From positions 17,050,001 to 17,114,000 of the forward strand of contig CM106585.1 in assembly GCA_048013815.1 (NCBI GenBank): 64,000 nt of DNA. Direction: 5' to 3'. The notes beneath the pieces are model-generated. The model ran no database searches. It had not been told where the DNA came from and saw only the letters and a list, made by a program, of their open reading frames with translations. Position numbers and translations under genes: made by a program. This DNA is from Setoptus koraiensis. Taxonomy: Eukaryota > Animalia > Arthropoda. Shown one piece after another: positions 35,601 to 47,600 of this stretch (positions are counted from its first letter, which is position 1; every line of letters begins with the position of its first letter).

Positions 35601-38600
35601 TTGAGCAGGCATTGTCGTGTGCGGACATTGCGGGCAACTATTGCGTAACGCTCGCTAATGGTGCGGTTGCGCGCGGTTCGTCGACTGTGCGCCCGACTGT
35701 GCGCCGCAATGCGCGCTCGAAAGCGCCTGAACCGTCGGAATTCTCTGGACTGTGCGTTAGTTCGTGTGGCGCGCAACGTCGCCGCACAAACTAACGACCA
35801 CGATAAGATCTTGTTCGCTAGGCGCGTGTTGCCCGCACAACGCGCCACCACGTGCTGCCGACCGCAGCCGAGACAAATGGGCGCGCCGCGCATCGCAAGT
35901 TGCACAACAGCCGACCGTCGCGTCTGCCAACGTGCCAGACCGATGTGTCAATTGCCGCGTCGGGCCGCTCGGAGCCGCGTCGGGCCGGCCCGCACTATAG
36001 AGTCTATAGGCCAGAACACTGGGCGCTGCCGGCGCGGCGGTCAGCGAGCATCGGCCTGTCACTTGTCAGCTGTGCTGTTGGTATTGTGAGGACTGCTGGC
36101 GACGCATGCACGACAAGTGCGCTCGGCACATTTTGTGCGGTGTGGCGCGCACAGGCGACGGTGCACAGCCGCAGGACAGGTGAGCGGGGCTGGTGACGAG
36201 CGGCGGTGAGTGCGTTGCGTTGTACACAATGGCGCAGTTTGCATATTGTTGGCAGCATAATCGCATTGTCGGCACCGCGACATCGCCCGCGTGACTGTAC
36301 TTGTGCGTCGATTATGTTACGCAACTGGGCTCACATTGGAAGCTATGGGCAGAACGGTTGCGAGTGGCGCAATTCGCAAGCCGAATTTCGCAACAAAAAA
36401 GTATTATGTGCGCGCAAATATCCGCACACAATCGCATCACAATGGCACAAGGGCACAATAACAACACAATGTCAACAACAATGTCTGACGCACACAAGGT
36501 AACGACAGTGGCAAACTTGTCGGGCCGACTCGCCGCGATGCCAGCCATTGTTCGTCGGCGGCTGCCAACTCGTCGGGCCGGCCGCTGGCGGCTGCACCCG
36601 TCGGCGGTGCGCAACGACTAGTCGCCGCAACGAGTCGCTCGGTGCCGAGTCGGCGGCGATGTTGCAGCTCGTCGTGACGTTACGTAAGTTGTGCCGTTGT
36701 GATTATTTTGTCATTTGTTGTCTATCGGGCTGTCGTCGTTGCAGTTGCCAGACGCACAGTTGAGTGTTGCGCCAGTCGCAAGCGCCAGCGACAGCGCCCT
36801 GCCAGCGACAGCGACTCTGTCAGACGCACACGCAAGCGGGGCCCCGCGAACGGGCCGACAGCTCGACAGGCGGGCGGCCGACGGCGCACGGATCGACGCG
36901 GCGGATCGGAGCGGCGGCGGATAGACGCCGCGGGTCGACGCATAGAGGCGCATAGAGGCGCACGGAGGCGCACGGAGGCGCACGGGGGCGCAGACAGGCG
37001 CTCGCAAAGATAGCCAGATATTGGCGTCATCAAGTTCGCACAGTTGAGCACCAATTTATCTATTTATTTGTGTCGTCTTGCGTTGTGTAACAGCGCTCGC
37101 TGTTGCGTCACTGTTTGGCGCGCGTCACACGGTCGGGCAAGGGCGACACTAATAGCGCCTATAAAAGCTACCCAAGCTGCCACTAGACACACTAGACACA
37201 CTTGATATCAAATGGCGAAATGGCGACACGGTGAAGGGTTGATACAAGCACAACGAAGCGACACTTTTGCGTCGAGCTCGAGCTCGCCGAACCCTGTCGA
37301 GGGCGCCGGTCGGCACTGCGACAGCCCGCGCCCGATTCGCGCCGGCCAACTCATGCCAAATACCATTATGTCGCTAACTAACCAAGCGGCCAAGTCGCGC
37401 ACTAACGGCATTGTTATTCATCCATTTATTCGCCGCCTATCTGGCCCGTTCTGGCGTGCGTGCCATCGCGTTCGTGCGTCGCTCGGTGTGTGGCGCTGCC
37501 CATTGGCTCTATCTACAAATGCCCCGTCCATATAAGAATGCCCTGTCTGTATATGAGTGCTTCGTTCACATAAAAATGCCCTGCCTCTATACAAATACAA
37601 TGTACCCTCTGTATATACAGTGCCCCATTAACACAAAAATGCCCCGTCTGTATACAAATGCCCCGCGCGCAAATATACACGCGAACAGTGCGCGTATACT
37701 ATACAGTATTGGTAGTACAGTATTAGTGCGTTTATAGTGGGGCGTTGTGCCGGCACAGGACGCGCATATTTGCACAGGGGCTGCGCGTGCGGATATACGC
37801 GGAATAAAAGCTTTCGCAACACCACTCACAACAGTCAGTTGCCAGATATCTGGCGAGCGAGTCGTCTGGCAAGCTGGCACAGCTGACAGTTGTGTGACGT
37901 TGTCTGGTGTCTCTTGACAGCGGCCGTTCAGTTGTTGTCGTCGTTGTTGTTGCTGTTGTTGTCGTTGTTGTTGTTGTTGCTGTTGTCGTTGTGTGTCGCG
38001 ATTGTTGCTGTTGTGTGTTGCTGTTGCGTCGGTGGTTGATGTGGCTGGCGCGGCAACGACAACACGCAAGTCACGCCACACAATTAGCGAGTGAGATACC
38101 AAAGACGAAGGGACGAAAAACAGCAACAACGAGCGGCAACAACGAACAACAACAACGAACAACAACAACGAACGGCAACAACGAACAACGAAAAACAGTC
38201 GCAACGTGCGGCCTATATTGTGTGCGCTGGCTCGGCACCAAAGAATGAAAAAAACAAACTAAAAATAAAAACAGTTGCTGTTGTTCGAAATTAATTTATA
38301 CATTCGTAGCCGCCACAATCAGCTGATCGCAGCCGCTTGTCGGACTAACAAGTTGTTGTTTACGGGCAACTGACTGGTCAGTTGCGCCGACCGTCCCGAC
38401 ACAGCCAAAATCAGCTGCCGGTCGGTGAGTAAATTGTATTTTGGGTTATTTGGCACCTCTGGTCAGCTGAGTGGCCGCTCGGTCGGGCAGCGAACAACAA
38501 GCGGCCATTGGGCCGCGGATGTCGGCGGGCATCGGCGGGCATCGGCGGGCATCGGCGGATATTCGCAAACAGACACAAAGTGCGAGACGGGGGCGCATAG

Positions 38601-41600
38601 GCGAACAGGTTCGGAGGCGAGCGTGGCGCCGGCCATTGATCAGACACAATAGAGTTAACAACTGATGACTTTGCCATTCACTCGAGTCGCCCAATTGGCG
38701 AGCAGGTTAATTTAATTTGATCCCGTCTGTTATACTGTAACTATACTATGCTAAGATATGATGTGTGCAGCATAATATCTTGCGTAGTAATATTGTTATG
38801 TAACACAACAGATCGCCGTCGGATAATGGAGCATCGCACGACAAGTGAGCGAGTGAGCAAGTGAGTGCTTTTCGTAATTGTGTTTGTTGCGTTTGTTTGT
38901 TTGCATGCTCACGTTGCTGCCTATAACCTATAATAGAATATTATACAATATTATTACATTATCGTTATTATCATTACCATTTTGGCTGTGTGCCGCTGTC
39001 GTTGTTGTTGCTGCTGTCGTTGTTGTTGCTGCTGTCGTTGTTGTTGCTGCTGCCGCTGTTGTTGCTATTGCTGCTGTTGTTGTTGTTGCCGCTGTTGTTG
39101 TTGCCGCTGTTGTTGTTGGTTGGCTCGCCGCCATTATGCAACAGCCACAATGCAGCCATAATGCAGCCATAATGCAGCCGTAATGCAGCCGTAATGCAGC
39201 CCTAGTGCAGCCGTCATGAGACGAGCCGGAGCGGCAACAAACGAACGCAACGAACAAAACATGATACTTCGCAGAGCTAATATTATATCTTACATGATTA
39301 GATAATATAATTTACTCTCCGTGCGCCGCTCTCAGCCGCGTCTATAAATATTGCATCTATAAATATTGCCGCATCGCAGCCATTCTCTGTGGCCAAGTTG
39401 AACTCTGATTAACAGCAACAGCCAAAGCGACGAGGCACGCCAAGACGAACCGACTCGGCTGCCAATATTCTCGCTCCGCCGACAGAACAAATATCCGCGC
39501 TAGAATAAACATGCCAGCGCGAACAAACATGCCAACATCCGAGCCAGCGAACACCCGAGCGAACGAACATCCGAACGAGAGCCGCTTTCCAGTCGGCGTG
39601 TTGCAATCCACTGACAGCGGCACATCTCATCCGGGCCGGGCCGGCCCGGCGGCAGCCCGCTCGTAACCATTGCTAGCGCTGGCTAGCAGCGCCGGCCCGG
39701 CTCGCGAAGCAAGCCAGTGGCAAACGATAATATAAACAATATAAAGGTACGCATCGCCACTGCGAGGCGTCTAAACTCTAGACCGTCTAAACGCACCTGA
39801 GCTTACCATGGCGGTTACCTGTGCGATGCGCATTCACGATTTCAACCGTCGAGAGATTGTTTCGGCACGTTGTTCGTGATTGCTCGCCGGCCGCCGCGGC
39901 AACAACTATCCAGTTTGTTGTAGTTGTAGTTGCTGTCGGTGTCGGTGTTGTTGTTGTTCGGGCATAAATACCCGATGACGTCAACACACACACACACACT
40001 CACAATTTGTGAGTCACAAAGAGTCGACTTGGCGAGACACAAAAACAATTCGTTGCGCTTCCTCATTTCGTTTATCGTCGCTGCTGCACCCTTCTCCTGT
40101 CTAGCTGGCTCGGCGCTCGCTAGCTCGGCGCTGGCTGGCGAGCTAGCAGAGCGACAGCCGCATAACTGTGGGCACTGTGCCTTGAGTGTCCCATGCAACT
40201 TGTGTCGGCCGATGAGACGTTCGAGCGCAAGGCGTTCGAGCAGGTAAACACGGCAAACAAACGCAAGAAAACAACAACAACAGCAGCAGCAACAACAACG
40301 ACAGCAACAACAACAACAACAAGTTTGCAACTCGGCGGCGAGGGGCTAGCCCGAAATAGCTAACAAAGTGGCTGTGCGTTGTGTAATGGCACTGATTTTA
40401 TAAATAGACTTGATAGACAGCGACTAACCAACTTATTGTCAGGTTGCGAGCTCGATAGCAGGAGAGGTTATGCAACAGCGGCAGTGGCTGCTTTCGGTTG
40501 GTCGCTTGCTCGCCTTGGCTGGCGGCTCGGCGGCTCGGCAGATCGGCGAATCGGCAGCTCGGTGGCTCGGCGACTCGGCAGCTCGGTGGCTCGGTGGCTC
40601 GGCTGCTCGGCAGGGCCGTTATCGAGCATTAATGCATGCTCAAAATGCACACACACAAATAAATATCTTCTTCTCCTGCTTCTCTGGCTTCTCTGGCTTC
40701 TCTGGCTGCGCTGGCTTCTCTGGCTGCGCTGGCTTCTCTGGCTGTTGCCATTGCTGCTATTGATTACATTACAATTCTTGCAAAATGATGCCAACAACAA
40801 TAACAAACAACGACAGCGGCGGCAACTGCACCAACTACACCACCAACAACAACGACTACGACAACAACAACAGCAACAACAGCAACAGCAACAGCGGCAA
40901 CAACGACAACAACAACAATAACAACGCCAGCGACGACGACTCAAATTAATACAATACTCAATCTGCATATAAAATGTCCTATAGAGACTGGTCGTCGTGG
41001 CAGTCGTCGCCGTGGTCGTCGTGGTCGTGGTCGTTTGCAGGGTGATCAATCTTATTTCTTTTCTTTTAATTTCGCCGCATCTTTTAATTCTGACGCTGCT
41101 GCTGCTGGCTCTGGCTGCATGCGGCCCGATGCTGCTCTCAGTGGCTTCTCGCTGCAACTTGCGCCAGTGCAACTCCGAACTCTGCTCAGTCCGGTTTCGG
41201 TCGCGTTCGAACTGGCGGTCGCGTTCGAACTGGCAGTCGCTCTGCTCGGCTCTGCTCGGCTCGGCTTGCGACCGCTCGGCTCGGCGCTCCGCTCGGTCCG
41301 GCCGCCCCGAATGCGAGTCCGACTGCCAGTCCGAACGCGACTGCCAACGCGACTACCGATGCGACTGCGAGTCCGAATTCGAATACGAATGCCACTACGA
41401 ATGCCACTACGACGAGCGTCGACAATCCGATGCGAGCGCTCGGCCGGCCGCTGTCAGTGGGCCACCGGCCCGAAATGGCAGCCCGCAATTGCGAGCACTG
41501 GCCAACATTGTGCGGCCGCAATCAGCTGACGGGCGCACTCCGGCGGAGTCCGGCGCAGGAATCTGGCCGGCGCTGACTGTGGCGAGAGAATGTGTGCACT

Positions 41601-44600
41601 TGGCCGAGTGCAAGCTGCATTCATTGCGCCGAACTGCCACTGCGAACTCTCGTCGCGCGGAGCTCGTCGAGTGCTCGTTGGCCGAACTCGAATCCGAGTT
41701 GCGGCGCTCGTCGCCCGAACCGGCGAGAACCGGCGCAACTTTGCGGACGCGAGTGCCAATTGGACTGCGGCGGCCGGCGCTCGCAGGGCCGATTGTTGTG
41801 GCGAAAAGAAGACACACAAACAGTCGCCAGTTTGTTGCTAGTTAGAAACTACAAACGCGCTCACAACAATTGATACAATTGCGGCCAGCGCCGCTCCGGC
41901 CGGCCTGTGCAACCGGCCCAGCGGTATAAATAGAAACGGGCCAGCGTCGAAATAGCGCCGAAGCAGCGCCGAAGCAGCGCCGAAGCAGCGCCGAAGCAGC
42001 GCCGAAGCAGCGCCGAAGCAACGCCGAAATATTCGCCAGTGTGTGCGACCATAACTAATCCAAACCTGATATAACCACTCTTGCGCTCTCGCATTTGCGC
42101 TCTATCGGCCGCTGCTTCGATTGGCCGAATTCGCACTTTATCCACTTTATACACTCGGCCACTTTGCTGCGCTGCGCCTCGCCTCGCATGCCTCACGCTC
42201 TATAGTGGTCACTAGTGGTCACTGCTGGCGGCTGCACTATACTGGCCGCCGCCGCTGCTGCCAAACAACAATTTCCTGCCCACAAACTGACCAGACAGCC
42301 CACCTGAATCAATGGACGCTGCCGTTGCGGGCTTGTTGGAGCGGCTCGAACAGGCTCGCAACGGCTCGGAATGGCTCGCAACGGCTCGGAATGGCTCGCA
42401 CTGGCTCGCACTGGCTCGAAACGCCGTTCGAAACGGCCCGAAACGGCCCGAAACGGCCCGAAATGGCCCGAAATGGCTCGAAGTGGCTCGAAATGGCGCA
42501 CAGCGACGCGCAGCCGGCCAGACAACAATTTTCGCGCACCCGACAGATAATTCCAGTTCGCCATTCTGGGCGAGATTCGAAATTCGCCTTTGGAAATTCG
42601 CCGTTCGCAGTCCGAAATTCTCGTTCGCCGTCCGGAATTCGCAGTTTGAAATTCGCAGTGCGAAATTCGCCGTCCGAAATTCGCCGTCCGAAATTCGCAG
42701 TCCGAAATTCGCAGTTCGAAATTCGCAGTTCTCTCGAACTCGGCGACGACACGCCCCCGCACACAACAGCAACATTGCAGTGCATGCACTTGTGGGCACG
42801 ACTGCGGCCGACGCATCCGAGTCGCGGCAACGCAGTTTTGGCCCACTCGGCGAATCTCGCCCATTCGTTAGCCGTGCCCGTCTCGTGTGCCCTATATAGG
42901 CCAATAATTAATATGCATTCTCTGCAACTTTGGCGCAACACGACGACGACGACGACACACACACACACACACACACCGTTCCATTGTGTGCGCCCGAAAT
43001 GTTTGCCTGACCGGAGCACCGTTTTTCGGACACTGCTATTCGCGTTTCGGGCACGCTTTTCGGGCACGCTTTTTCGGGCGCCCTCTCTCGCTCAGTGGCC
43101 GTTTTTTCGCTGGCTGACCGCTTTTTCGGGCGCAAACGGTGCGCCGAAAAACAACTGTGTGCCTGTGTGTGCCTCGCAGACTGTTCACGGAACTCGCCAG
43201 CGGCTTATATAGGCTTCATAAATTTTCCGAGCTTTCGGAGTTTTCTAAGTTTTCGGAGCCTTCGGAGCTTTCGGACAGTGAGCGTGCGCGGCGCCAATTG
43301 TGCACAGCGGTGTCAGCGGCGAAAAATTGTGTGAAAACGCTGTTTTGCATGTTCGGCCGTCGACAGTGCGCCCCCGAACGGACAAAGAAACAAGGAGGAA
43401 ACACGGCCAACGACACGACACTGGACGAGCGACCATTAGACGCAATTATGCAACGGCGACTATGCACTTATGTAACTACACTTGTAACAGGCTTGTAACC
43501 GTCGCCACTGGCGCTAGTTACAAGTCCGCGTCGGCGGGCGACAACCGCGGCCGGCGCGGACGGGCGACTGGCCGACCATTATAACAGACGGGCGCTGAAA
43601 AATGAGAGAAGCGATGAAAGGCGCCACTCGAGAGGCGATGAAAAACGAGACGAGCGACCAGCGAGCAAAATAAATAAAAGGGCGACACTCGACACTGGCG
43701 GCGCGCGCAATCCGTGCAGCCGATTGAATCAAGTGTGCCGATTGAATGTGTATCAAGTGTGTTGTTTGTTTGGCCAACAATGGATAATCCGAGCTGCGAG
43801 AGCGATAAACGAGAGTTGTGTGAATGAATGGCCTAATCGATGCTGACAGCCGATGCTGGCAGCACTTGGCTTGCGTAATCTTGCGCAAACAGACGGCCGA
43901 GAAATAGATAAGCAGCATTATGTAAAAAACACATATTTGCCAGCCGCCGTGTATCGCCGGTATAATGGCCGGAGTTATCACGACCGCGATCGGCGCACTT
44001 GACCCCGCGCGATTGTCAGTGAGACGCACGCAAGCCCGAGACAAGTGCATCAATGTTGCGCCAATGTTGCGTCACTGTTGCGTCAATCTGGCAACAACAA
44101 CGACGACAACGACGACAGCGACACGGAGAACAGCGACGACAACAGCGGCGACAAGACGACAACGACGACACGGCCACATTACGTGACCGGCGGCCTATAT
44201 AACCGCGGCCGGCACTATAAGCCGCCCGCGTGAGTAGAGTGGCGTCATTTTTCAGTTTGCGTCTTGTCTGTCAGTCACTTGTCCGTCACTCATGCCTCGC
44301 GTCTGTCAATGGCTGTCATTATGACAGTGTCATACGGTCAGCTGACAAACCGTCGGACAGTGTGAGCCTCAGACCGATGCGACGCCGTGACATTTGATGA
44401 CAACTCGCCGAAGCGTCGCCAGTGCGTTGTCTAACAACAACAGTTGTCTAACAACGACTGTTGTCTAACAACGACTGTTGTCTAACAACGACTGTTGTCT
44501 AAACTGCCAATTGTGAGCCAATTAGCAGCTGATTGGTCAGCTGAGCCGTCGATAGTGCACAATTTGCAAGCGCACTCTGAGCGCAAAGTCACATCATGCA

Positions 44601-47600
44601 ACAGGTGAGCTGATGCATTTCGACTGACAGTCAGCTGACCGGTCGCGCTGACACTGTTGTGCGACTGTCTATTGCACAGCTGACAGACGACAACGGGCGG
44701 CGTTGGACGGGACACACGACGACGGGCGGCGTTGGACGGGACAGACGATACCCGAGTGAGGGTATCGGTGTGCAAATGATACAGTGCGGCGCTGCCAGAA
44801 ATGCCACTTCTCATATCCGTCTCGGCACACACGCAGCGTGCGCGAGAACAACAACAACAGATGGGGAACAACAATGGCACAAAGACAAGAATTGCGTGAC
44901 TCGGCAAGTGCCAGCTCTCTCCACTTGTCGCCGTCTCGGCGCACACACTCGAGCTCCCAATTCGAGAGCGACTCCGAGGGCGAATTCGAGAGCGACTCCG
45001 ACAGGCGAATTCGCGAGCGAGCCCGAGAGCGAATGCGAATCCGTCGGCGAGTGGCAGCGCGAACGCGAATTTGTCGGCGAGCCGAGAATGAAAGAATGAA
45101 AGAATTGCATTATTCGGCGCTGAGATTTCGGCCGAGAATGCGCAACAGTGCGACGGCCACAATTGTGTGTCTGTGGCTGCTCTCCTTTTGCCCATTCGCT
45201 GGCCGTTCGCTGGCCGTTCGCTGGCCAGTCTGGCCAGATTCAGCGCCAGTGTAACACAAGTGATACAAGTGATACAAGTGTTACGAGTGTTGCAAGCGTT
45301 ACAAGTGTCAGTTTTCGAGTTCGGGTTGCCTTGTGGGCAGCGCACGCATCGCTGAGAAAATGCAACTCGCTGATTACGGCATGCATAAATAACTCGCTGA
45401 TATTGAGCTTCTTTGGCTGCTCTTTAACTCACAGGTGACTTTGTCAGCGCTCTTCAGCTGGCTGGTTCGGCACTGGCTCTGGCCGGCAATTTTGTGTTCA
45501 CCTTGCCGTCGTTGGCTTGTTACGTCTTTATTTTGTTCATTTGTGGCTGCAACAATTTTATTTGGCGAGACAAAGCAGGAAACTTGACCCAAAATGTGTC
45601 ATGCCTGTGTCACACAAGCCGGCCCTGTGTCAGTCGTCTGTCAGTGTATCAGCCAGCCAGTCAGCTGGCTGTCAGTGTATCGGCCCTGTGTCAGCTGGCT
45701 GTCAGTGCGAGCGGCCCTGTGTCAGCTGAGTGTCAGTGCGAGCGGCCAAGGCTGCCACAAATGCCAATTGTGTCCAAATGACAATCGCACGGCGAGCATG
45801 CGATACCCGGTCGCACGGCAGGCGCATCGACGGCCGCCCGACAAGCCCGACGAGCCCGACGAGCCGCTCGACAAGCCGCCGGTCGCAAGCGGATAAATAG
45901 AGCGCGCCGTCGTACTCTGTCACAGCCTCTATCGCACACACTGCACATATTACAGAGTGTGTCAGCGCATTGCGTAACGAGCGCAGAGCCATGAGAATGC
46001 AAAATGCGCAAAATGGGGCTCTCGCCAGTGGTCAATTAGTGGCCGTGGCTGGCATGCAACGGCCAGCAAACGGACGGCAAACGGACGGCAAACGGACGGC
46101 GAACGGACGGCGAGCGGCACAGAAATGACGAAAGCGATGGCATGCAAACAGTGTGGCGAGTCCATAAAACTGTAAACTTTATCCATCTATTATCCGTGCA
46201 TTATATTGCCGGTGGCTAATTTGCTGCTCATAATGGCGAGCAAATTATAATCAATTTGGGCGCTGCTGTCGACGCGGCCGTGGTGCTGAGCGCAAGGCAA
46301 ACAAGCAGTGCCAAGTCGGAGTCCCATGGCACGACAAACTGTCACGGCATGAGACGCTCGTAGAATGAGACAGCCAGAGCAACGACAAAAATTTTGCTTG
46401 ATTAATGATCTTTTGCGAGCTTTGATTTATTTGCACCACGTGGCCACTACTCCAGTGTGTGGGGCCAGTCAATGTGTGTAGTGTCAACTGGTCAACAGCG
46501 TCGGGCCGGCCGCGGCGCACAGATCATTAATCTAGCCCGCGGTGCGCGGTCCGCGGAGTTAGCGGAGGTGTCGCCATTTACCTCATGTTGCTCGCGCTGG
46601 CCAATTGTTTGCGATTGGCGCTCGTTTGTTTGCAGCGACGACGCGACAACAACAACGGCGACAACAGCGACATGAACGACAACAACGATATAAACGACAA
46701 CAGCGACATGAACGACAACAACGACAGCGACAACAACGACAAGCGGCCTCAATTAGGAATGCATTAGTGTTTGCGGTCGCCGGCGGGCCAGTCAAGTGGA
46801 TAACGGGATTATTCAAATTTGCAACTTGAAATGGCGCCCATTATAGTGCCATTATAGGTGAGCGTGGGTGGCCTACCTGGGCGCACTGCACTGCGTTGCG
46901 GCCGGCGGCCAGCAGCGCGGCCCGGTGGTAAGCGGTGCGGCGGCCAGCAGCGCCCCACTAGCAGTGCCATACCAGCAGTGTCAGTGTCGTGGCCGAGTGG
47001 GCCGGCGGCCGGTCCGCCCGAGGCCATTTGCGCGCCGCACAACCGACGGGCAGCACCCATCGGTGCTTCGGTGACATTTGCTGCTGCGATTTCGGCCCGC
47101 TTCGTCTCGTCCGTTATCATATTTGCGCTCTTTGTTCTCTATTTGCTGCTTGCGTCTCCGCGTCGCCCTCTCCGGGCCGCCACAGTCTGACGTGCGTGCC
47201 TGCCCGGCCGCTTCGTGTTCGCTGGCCCCAGTTGGCCGCGGCCGGCGTCGGTTGTCGCAACTCTCCCACCCTCCCCACTCTCCCCGCTGTCGCTGGCGCT
47301 CGCCAATCTCGCTGGGTCGCGCTGTCTGCCCCCAGAAACGTCGCGCTCGCCCCCGAAATGCCGCGCTCGCCTCGAGAAATGCCGCGCTGGCCGAAATTTG
47401 TCGGTTGTCGCGGCGGTTGCGACACGGCCACATTACGACGCGGCCACATTACGACGCGGCCACATTACGACATTGCACGGTTGCGACATTTGCCGGGCAC
47501 CGCAGCACGAACGACTGGCCAGCGCCACCGAAAACATGTAAGCGGATATATAGATATAAATGCGGTTTTGTGTGACGCGGCGCTGCCACGAGCACTGGCG

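Noticed and set aside
32286-44503. Repeat arrays as possible CRISPR
   Set aside because: Units are head-to-tail with no unique spacers, the context is eukaryotic and there are no cas genes.
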